This document shows, piece after piece, positions 54,501 to 64,000 of a stretch of DNA of 64,000 nucleotides; within the stretch, counting starts at the first letter, position 1, and each line of letters starts with the position of its first letter. The stretch is from contig NC_068982.1 of the NCBI RefSeq assembly GCF_001194135.2, forward strand, positions 60,547,149 through 60,611,148, given 5' to 3'. Made by a program: the position numbers and the translations under genes. Source of the stretch: Octopus bimaculoides (taxonomy: Eukaryota). A model generated the notes under the pieces. The model ran no database searches, was not told where the DNA came from, and saw only the letters and a program-made list of their open reading frames with translations.

Positions 54501-55545
54501 GCTTGTAGTCAACTAGTAGTCATCAATTAAAGACAAAAAAATGTTGTACCTCATAGATGCAATCAGGCCTTATTTCATTTTCCTCCCTTGTAATAATGGT
54601 ACCATTTTTATTATTAGCCTATCTCTTTTCTTGAGGTGAATCATGAAAGAAAAATGTAATCATAAAAATGAATCTCTAAAATTATTGACAAATTGATTAA
54701 ATCTGTGTTTTTTTAAATCAAAAACAGATTTATTGCTAAAAAAATGTATGCAAATTTTATTCAATTTTCTTTGATTTTTGTTTTGATATCTCTTTAGAAA
54801 GATAGTTGAAGACAGAAAGGAGGAGGATAAAGAAAGAATTATTAAAATCCAATGCATTGTTATCCAGATTCTTGTCACTATTGCTTTAAAAATGAGTAGG
54901 CGTTGCTATTACTCAGTTATGTTGCCTGATAAAGGCAAGAATTTTTTTTAGCTGTTTACTGCATTTACTGTCACTTCAACATTTGCTCATCTTACTCAAT
55001 GTCTGCCCTGTCACTTTGGATTTTGAACTTAATCAATAATGGTATAAATATAAGTCAATGCTTCAAACACTAAAGAAGTGATTTCAATAGGTTTTGTTGG
55101 TGGTGTTATTTGAGTAATTTTGTGGTATCTAGGTGACAAATGCATCCTATATGACTATCCTGTTGTATAATTAACAATAACCTTTAAACAGATAGAAACA
55201 AGGTGAAATAATACCAAATTGGCATCAAAACTGATTGGAATTCATATCTATTTCAATTTTCAATTTGTGAAACTACTTGAAATACATATTTATGCAATGC
55301 TTCTTTTCCCTGCCTTTTTTTAAATTTTTAATCCTTTGATTGGGAAACATCTATTACTTATGTTACACAAACTTCAAACTTTGTTGGAGAAGTTCTACTT
55401 TTTGTTTCTAATGTTAAGAAACAGGGACCTGAAATAGAGACAGACTGCTTTCTAAAAAAGCTCTTTTAGTGATTTTTCTTTTTGATAATTGCTGTTTTAG
55501 AAATGAAGANNNNNNNNNNNNNNNNNNNNNNNNNNNNNNNNNNNN

Positions 55546-55588
<43 letters not shown>

Positions 55589-57214
55589 CATACATATACA
55601 TGCCTTTCTCCATTACTTGTTTCATCACAGTAAAGAGAAATAGTGGAGAAACAATCTGTGCAAGAATGTTTTCCTCTATCATCACTAGCAGCCAAGAGCA
55701 GAATTTATTACTCTTGGAAAAAAATAAGTAAATAAATATATGAATAAATAAATAAATGGTTGGGAGTAGGGAGAGGAAGATTCCTTTCTCAATGGAAATT
55801 TTACTGTTTTAAAGCTGTAATAATTTTTATTTATTTATTTATTTTTCTTTTTGCAATGCAAAAATGTGTGTATATATTTGCATTACAGGAATAAGAAAAT
55901 GAATTTAGGTCCCACAATCAAAAGATATTATCTAGAAGGCCATCAGAGTCCCACAACAAATTCTATTTCATTTAAAGTCAATATTCTATTTCTCTAATCT
56001 TAACTTTGACTTTTTCTGCCTCCCAATATTATTGAATGATTTTGCTGTCATCATGAAACATACTATTCATCAAACACTGATTTCAGTTGAGTGAAGCTTT
56101 GTATAAACTACTTGTAGTACAACAGTATGTAAATCATATGGATGTAAATGCTGTGAATAAAGTCTGTCTTTATTTCTTTCTTCTCGTTCTTCCTCTGCTA
56201 GTGTATGTGTATATAAATAGGTGAACTTAGATGGTTGAGTTGATACTATAACTGACAGCCAGCCAAGAGGTCGGTAGTTCATATCCTGTTCCTTTCACTC
56301 TTTTGAGTCTGTATTCTTAGTAGTTTGTAAGAATTGCATAGTTGCTATTAGCAGTGTACCAATGTTATAAGAAGGCCTTACATCATGACCATTCAGTTAA
56401 AAAAAGAACAAAATGTAAAATTTCATGTAAATGTATTTGCCATCCGTGTAGAAATGGAAAATTGTCAATTTTGTGGGAACAGGTTTTGTATTTTTATGAT
56501 ATAGAAGTGAGAGAGAGAAAGAGAGAGTAGGAAAGAAAATAATTTGTGCATTATCATGGGAATCATGGTAACAATGAATGAAGATGGTAGAAAGGTATGT
56601 TGTTTCTGAGTAGAGGAGAGTGGAAATATGCAAGTAAAGAATAGTAAGCAGCAGAGTTAGTCAATGTAAGTGCACATGTGTATGAACATAACAATATGTG
56701 TGTATATTCATCGGGGAGGGATGTGTCTGGCTTAAAGAAGATGAGAAGGAAATAGAGATAATATAAAATGTTGTTGATGTTAAGTGGAAAGGATGTACCC
56801 AGTTAGAATCAAGTCATTCTCAAAGTAGCCAAGTAGAAGAGGAACCATGGTGCAGTTTGTAAGTCAACTATCTTAACCTCATGTATATATATATTCTCTG
56901 TTATAAATTCACAATAGTTATAACATATCTTTAAAAGTAAGTTTTTCAACAATAAAATTAATATGTTTATATTATCCTTTGGTAAAGTAACTGAATGTAG
57001 GTATACTGCAAAGTCATGCTGTGTGCAATTAACTATGTGCACAGATATATGTATTTATATAGATACATTGACTTATTACTATCAAATGATGTTTATTCCT
57101 CATTTCCTACCTGGAACTTTCTTGGTTATTTTTTAAGTCTGTTCTGTTATAATCACCAATATTTATATATCATACCTATGTGTTGAGATCAACTCTTGAT
57201 TATTTAGTTTTATA

Positions 57215-57560
57215 TATGATATTTAGTCAATGAAGGGGCAGCATCTTTGATCTTTGAGGATCTATGAAGGCTAATAGGATGAATGTAGTTGATGTTCAGC
57301 TTAAATTTTTGTAGGTTGGTGCCTGTAAGAAAAAATATAGACAGAGAAAGAATTCTAGAGAGTCCTAGGTCTGGGAAGGTAAAATGTTTAGTTGGGGATT
57401 TAGACAATGAGGTTCTTTTGGGTGGGGTTGGAAAGGTTGACAATTTGCTTATTCTGAAGATAAGTAACCATTTTAATAGTGACAGAAAAGGCAGAGAAAA
57501 AATAACAATACACATATAAGCCAGTGATTGTAGCGAGTTTGACAATCTGTTAGGTGAGCT
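57215..57560 (+). mobile_element. Decayed LINE reverse-transcriptase C-terminal fragment (RTE-like)
   Basis: The translation ..LIFEDL*RLIG*M..FSLNFCRLVPVRK...VGKVDNLLILKIS..KITIHI*ASDCSEFDNLL loosely parallels the RTE segment 'EDLQRLL...GLKIN...KVDxFxYLG...RI..GW..F..L'. Confidence 0.4.
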
Positions 57561-60290
57561 TGTTTTATGTGTTTAGGATGTATGTTCCTGCAGTGCATAT
57601 GAGATATGTATTCTGGTATCATATACATGAGTCTTGTAAGAGCTCATTGATTATAGCCAAGAAATGGTTGTGTTTATACTTTCTTGGACAAATGGATGAA
57701 ACATCTTAGTTCGTTTATAACTTATCTGTTTATACCTGCAAAAAATTATGAAAATCATGACAAACTCTTCAAGTTCCTACATTTGGATTTCTTTACTGTT
57801 TACGTTTTATAGGTGTTGAATATTATCTGTTATTAAATTAATAATTTTGTTTAGGTCTGAAAACTAAGGACTTTTATATGTAATCCCAATGCAATTTCTT
57901 TTATACTTTTTTGCCATTTCTGACATCATGTATCTCTTTCCAACATAAATTATAAAGATAAATGTATTGTTTTACAATACATTATTTAAATCATTTGAGA
58001 CTGCTTGAATTGCACTGGCATGTTGTTGTTTTTTTTATATATAGTTTTGGTTTATTATATTTGGAGTTCAAATTCAGCTGATCTCAGTTTGGCTTTTCAT
58101 CTTTCCAGTGGGCAGATTCAATGAAATATTAGGATTAATGTATTAGGGCTTAACTCAATCGTCTGTACTCCTCCCCTTATTAATTTGTGGTTTTTGTGCC
58201 CATATTACAAATCTATTACTATCACAGTTGCATTACCAAAAACCATATCTTTCACTTCTTTTGTGCACCATTCCTGATATCATCTAAGTTTTCATTTAAC
58301 TGAATGCAATTAGGCTTTATAACTAAGCTATGAAGTACTTTAGCCAGTCTATCACCATGCCTATGTATGTTCTAAATTATTGTTAATCATGAACCTGTGA
58401 GTGTATGCAGAACTATTGACACACATATACTGCAACTTTATCCACTCAAAAAAGAAGTCTGAAAAATCTTATTGATTGAGTCTTGTCTTTACTGGTAATC
58501 ATTTAAAACTTCTATCATTAACCATGTTTGGAATGATTTTTATTAATCAATAGTTTACACTTTTTAGACCAGTCAAGTGAATGAAATTATTAATTATTTA
58601 TTCCTTACACACTATGTCAAAGAATGCTGGGCAAAGCAATTGCTTTGTGATGTTTATTTGAAAAATACATAATTGTTTAATCAAATGGATATTCTTATAA
58701 AGAGTTGCATTTTAGGTAACTTCATGATTGTTTTATTAGATCTTGTAATGAAATCAATTGCTAAGGATAATAAATTTCTTGTAAGTTATAATTTTAAATG
58801 ATCAATATTTAAATTTTGTTTTTCACCAATTTGTATGACACATATAAAGGTTAGGGCTTCAAATAAACTCACCATTGATATGCTGTTGATTTCAAAATTG
58901 TTGTCAAATTATGATTGTCTTGATAAAAAGCATATCACTCTATTACTTGCTTTTATATTTAATTTATTTCTTTTTTTCTTTACTGCTATAATTTTCAAAG
59001 AAAACCAATCAAGCATAAATGGTCTATCAATCCCTTGTTTAAAGACAAATCAATCTTTTGCATTATTAAATATTTATATTATTTATAATTGGAGACCCTT
59101 TTTTCTAAAAGTGTTTAAGTCACATGCAAATCCATGTGACTTAGGAAGTAGGGTCTTTATTGATAGTATCCATTACAGATGATGTTTTTAAATGCATAAA
59201 AAAAATCTTTTGATTAGTTATCTTGTTCAGCATAGAGAAATCCTCCCCTCTATGGCAATGCCTCTAGATATGTTTTCATTTAATTTTATTGTTTTGTTTT
59301 ACTGCTAATCAGTGGCATTATGTCAACAAAGACCACCCGTACTGAGGACTTTTGCTGTTATTATATCTTTAAAGTTGACTCCGAGAAATAATCAAACTAA
59401 AGTGACAGTAATCTTTGACAAGATTACTGTCACCATTTTTCAAAGTGGGCTGTCTTTACGTCAATCTGGATAATTCTCAGGAACCCAGATATTTTCTCAT
59501 TACTGATTAAAGGTTTCCACAAGGTATTTATTTATCTATTGTTTTAGATAGTACTTTTATATATCAGATTATGTGATGAAGAAAATATCTGCCTGTCACC
59601 ATGAATTTTCCTCTTAAGGTAGTGAATCTTGTATTCTTTTTCAATAACCTTAAATTAAAATATAGAGATCTAATTTTTTAAAAACTGACATCAACAAAAC
59701 AACCTCTATGTATATTATCTATCTACCCATATATCTATCACACACACATGTATGTGTACATATGTGTGTTTATATGTATTTATATACACACACACATACA
59801 TGCATGTCATCCATTACCAAGAGTCTAGTGTTTTGAGGCAAAGTATTTCAATTAATAGCTATATTACCAAACTGAATCAGAGGGATAAGATATATCACCA
59901 TGGTATTACTATAATGCAGCAAGAAGAAGGCTATTTTAGACTTGTTTTAAGATAATATTTTAATAAATTACTGTTGTGCATTTTATTTTAATATTTGAAA
60001 TACTTGATATAATTTTATAATGGAAAACATTGAGGATTATTCATTAATTCAAGATATATAGCAGAAACATCTCTTAAAAACAAAATTAATTATTGCTTTA
60101 ATTACTATAGGTGATATTTTCAGTATTCCGGTTACATACATATGCACACACAAATATATGTAAAACCAAATTTACTAAAGTGTTTATATTTTCTACTTTT
60201 TCTCAAATCATTTCCTTTTTCTTTCACATTTCTAACAAAACAGCAATTAGTTATATCCTTTAGCATTACACAAATACCACAAAGATCCAT

Positions 60291-60356
<66 letters not shown>

Positions 60357-60915
60357 CTGTTTACTTATCCTTCTCTCGTGGCTTTTTTTTTTTCCACTGT
60401 CTTCCATTATTTATTTCCTACTTGATTATTTCATCATTCAATATTAGTCTCATAAATGCATTGAGTTGGATAAAACAACAGAGCAACTGCCTCAGAATAT
60501 TTAATCTTAAATCTTTCACTTCAAATCTCTCTGGTGTCAATTTTATCTTTTAGCTGCTTGTATTCAATAAAATAAGTAGCAATAAGGAACTGGGATCATT
60601 TTATTTACTATAGCCTCCTTCTACTAAAATATTAGTTTTGAAATTTTATTTGATTTCTAGATCAGTATTGATATATAGTGTAGTTGGCTTCTACTGGTTA
60701 ATTCCATAAGCAATGCAGTTTGGCAATGATGATAAGTCAACATGTGAAAGATTTTTTCTTATAATACATAAGCCTCAGTTTATTTCAATTATTTTAGTAT
60801 ATTAATTTAAATGATATCAAGGAATTAGATTTCTTAAAGATTTAACTGTACATTTAAAGGATATTCTTATTTGAAACCAACATCATCCATATTGTCAAGG
60901 TTACAATCATTATAC

Positions 60916-61330
60916 ATCATCATCATCATCTTTTGTTTCACACTGCTTTGGGTTGAAGTTCCTTCAACACATATTCATTCATGTTGATCATACCCCTAGT
61001 GTTACTATTCTCAGATCTGACTTCACTATTCACCCCACCCCCACCCCACACTGATTTGGTTTTTGAGCTACCTTTATTAAAGGTTCCTTCTACAATCTAT
61101 TTACTCTCTTTATTTATCTCATACTGTCTATTAACATCAGACAGCAATGCAATCATCCTCTCTTGTTCACATTTAACTTCTTCACACCATTTCATGTTGC
61201 ACATCCAATGGATCATACTCAACCCTTTCTCAATCAGCCTTTGCCAAACTTCACCCTCATGTGTTGCACTATTATACAACATTACTTTTCTTAAACATAT
61301 TCCATTCAGTCTTCCCATTTTACACAGACA
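60916..61330 (-). mobile_element. RTE-type LINE 3' end with (GAT)n tail
   Basis: The minus strand encodes GRLNGICLRKVMLYNSAT..QRLIEKGLSMIHWMCNM..KCEQERMI..VEGT..VKSDLR, parallel to the RTE C-terminus GRLYxACVRxVMLYGSETW..SMLRWMCN..QERRLRW..VEG. The tail is plus-strand (cat)n at about 60916-60930. Confidence 0.7.
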
Positions 61331-62421
61331 TATTAAAATTAACCTATATTTGGTGAATTCAACATGCACTTTTCGTGCATATACTGCACAGAATGTAACA
61401 CACATACATTCACATATAAGCATAAAATCTCTAAATGTTAAAGTATTGTTTAAGTATTAATGTAATTATAGATTAATCTTTTAGAATAAAATTAATTGCC
61501 TAATTTTAGTGCATCATTTCCATTTTTCTTAATTACTTAAAGTAAACTGATTTGTCATTAGTGAAAGTGTCCCAAGATTTTAATCAGTCAATCTGAAAAT
61601 TATTCCTAATTTTCTTCAGTTGTCATTTACTTGTTCAAAAAAATGTATCTGCATGTTGGAAATACAATTTAAATACTTAATTCTTATTTGATCTTTCCTT
61701 ATTTAATATTCATTTATTTATTGTAAGATTAAGTAAATTGCTTACAATCAATTTCTTGAATGCAAGCATGTAAAATGATAATATTTTATTGACAAAATGC
61801 TACTTAAGTCTTAAAGAACACTGATTTGATTTATTTCCGATATGTGATTTGGAAAGGAACTGTTGTTATGTGATTGTTTTCAACCAGTGTCCAGTACATT
61901 TATTTAAATGATAAGTTCTATAAACTGGTAATGTGACACACGTATACATACATATATGTTATGTATTTGTGTATGTGCATGCTTGTGTGTGTGTGTGTAC
62001 ATTGATAATACGATTACCTTAATCAGGAGATTAAGGAGATTATTTATGCACGGAAGGACTCAATATATTTGATTATATGTGCAATAAAATATTTATTTCA
62101 ATACAGAGCATCAAATGATTGCACAATGATTTTGAAACTGATTGGTCCAAGCTTATCAATTTCTCACCATAGATATGATGGACTCTTTGTATTTAAAGTT
62201 CAAATTTTGGCAAGTCCAACTTCCCCTTTTATTACTTTGGAGTTAACAAAATATAGTATTAATCAGGAACTGGGGTGACTATAATTGACTGATCATCCAC
62301 CCATCAATCCACTCCCACAAAAATTCAGGCTTTGTGCCTCAGAAACAGTTATTTATCATTAGTCATAGTAGATTGTGTTGCTGTTTGAAATTATTATTGT
62401 TGTTATTATATCAGGAAAAAA

Positions 62422-62633
62422 AGGCGACGAGCTTGCAGAATGGTTAGGATGCTGGGCAAAATGCTTAGTGGTATTTCACCCGTCTTTACATTCTGAGTTC
62501 AAATTCCGCCGAGATCAATTTTGCCTTTCATCCTTTCAGAGTTGATAAATTAAGTACTAGTCGAGTTCTGAGGTCAATGTGATCAACTTACCCACTCCCC
62601 ACAAGTTACAGGCCTTGTGCCTATAGTAGAAAG
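62422..62633 (+). mobile_element. Full-length tRNA-derived SINE (ctgagttcaaat family), best-preserved copy
   Basis: A-box-like gcttgcagaatggttag and B-box gagttcaaattccg, with CpGs retained. Ends ggccttgtgcctatagtagaaaggg. Confidence 0.85.
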
Positions 62634-62639
62634 GGTTAC

Positions 62640-63386
62640 TATGTCATGAAAAATCTTAGCTTTATTTTGCTGGGTATGATGGAAAGTGTCAGCTGCCCAC
62701 AGCTAGCAGATTAAGGTGACACTTGTTTACTGATCATGCTTCAAGAACTCTGTGGAGAACTCTTGCAGTTCCATGCAATGATGATTTTTGTTGGTGTTCT
62801 ATCTTCGTATTTGTTCCAGTGTTTTTGAGTCCTGTTAGTAGTTGGGCGCCAATCACTATTCGTATCACATCCACTTTCTTCAGTACCCACAACCTGCGTA
62901 TTTCTCACTTCAATTCATCATAGTTGCTCACTTTCTCTTCTTTCTCTTCAGTCCTGTTGTCACCAGGACATGCTATGTTAATTATCAGGCATGTTTTTTT
63001 TCTTTTCTATTCACTACAGCAATGTCAGGTTTCTGATGTTTAATCTGATGGTCACTCTGAAACATTGCATCCCACTGGATTTTGAAATCCTCATTCTCAG
63101 TAATTCCTTCTAGGATTTGGTCATACCACGTCTTTGATCATTCTTGGCCATCATTTCCACAAAGCTCTCAATGGATCATTCTTGCCACATTGTTATGTTG
63201 CCTTTTGTATTCACATTGTGCCAGTTTGGGGCATTCACTAGCAATGTGTCACACGGTTTCACTCATCTCACCACACATTCTGCATTTTACACTCTTGGTT
63301 GTTTTATCAATTCTGCACTTCAGATAGTTTGTCTTCAATGCTTGTTCTTGTGCCACACGTATAATTACTTCTGTTTCTAAGTCAAT

Positions 63387-63387
<1 letters not shown>
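62640..63387 (-). mobile_element. 5'-truncated R4/Dong-clade non-LTR retrotransposon (CCHC + restriction-like endonuclease)
   Basis: Minus-strand translation: ETEVIIRVAQEQALKTNYLK..CRMCGEMSETV*HIASECPKLAQCEYKRQHNNVARMIH*ELC..WYDQ..ENEDFKIQWD..KPDIAVVN..CLIINIACPGD..EEKVSNYDELK*EIRRLW..VDVIRIVIGA..GTARVLHRVLEA* (stop at 62734). Several stops and frameshifts are present, and a short 3' UTR follows. Confidence 0.9.
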
Positions 63388-63538
<151 letters not shown>

Positions 63539-64000
63539 TGTTAACATTAATTTTGACCATATTTACAAGTACTATAAAATAGGAAGTAACTTTAATTCCT
63601 TATTCTAATAACTCTGTTGTTCTTATATCACTCTAGTAAAAGCATAAAATGCCACACCGTCCTTTCCCATTCCTATGGACAACAGATTTTTAATTCCCAC
63701 TGGGAGATATCTAATTAAAAAAAAAAACACTGCAAGACACCATTACAGTAAAACTGCATTGGGAAATGGCCATGCATTTTTGATTATGCGAATTTTGTCA
63801 TTTAGAAATTATCTTTTATTCAACAAATTGTAAGCTTTATATATTTTCAAATAATTTACCATGCCAATTATGCCGGTGAATTTCAATCATTTATATAAAA
63901 CTAAAATGACAAGTAAAAATGTTCATTATTTGGTGAAGATAACAGATTTAGTTGTAGCTCATTCTGTTTATATTAAAGATTAATTTATTGCCTCAAATCT

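Noticed and set aside
60132-60447. ERERER / SLSLSL ORFs
   Set aside because: Translations of a (CT)n microsatellite.
62422-62520. tRNA-like A/B boxes here and in other copies
   Set aside because: These are SINE heads. No complete cloverleaf was found, so they are not called as tRNA genes.

Overview
Eukaryotic, AT-rich, essentially non-coding draft-assembly sequence with about 4.3 kb of N gaps. From its repeat families it is most likely a coleoid cephalopod (Octopus-like); this is an inference from memory of those repeats, with no database search. I recognise no host protein-coding gene. Almost all ORFs in the supplied track are translations of microsatellites or N runs. The window contains: (i) a dense field of compound (TA)n/(CA)n/(TG)n microsatellites over the first ~28 kb; (ii) many decayed tRNA-headed SINEs and other retroposon-like repeats in both orientations; (iii) recognisable transposon relics, namely an internally deleted DD37D/maT-type Tc1-mariner (12.6-13.5 kb), a Buster/Charlie-type hAT deletion derivative with TIRs and a degenerate 8-bp TSD (51.0-51.55 kb), a pogo/Tigger-like MITE end, RTE-type LINE fragments, and a 5'-truncated R4/Dong-type retroelement with CCHC and RLE motifs (62.6-63.4 kb). 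The most interesting items are a ~369-bp near-perfect foldback element (178-bp arms, 4 mismatches) that appears to be split across two mis-ordered contigs, a hammerhead-ribozyme-like motif in a possible Penelope-like remnant (8.6 kb, minus strand), and a candidate ATG-initiated first coding exon resembling a mitochondrial presequence (25258-25317). I found no convincing new multi-gene system.
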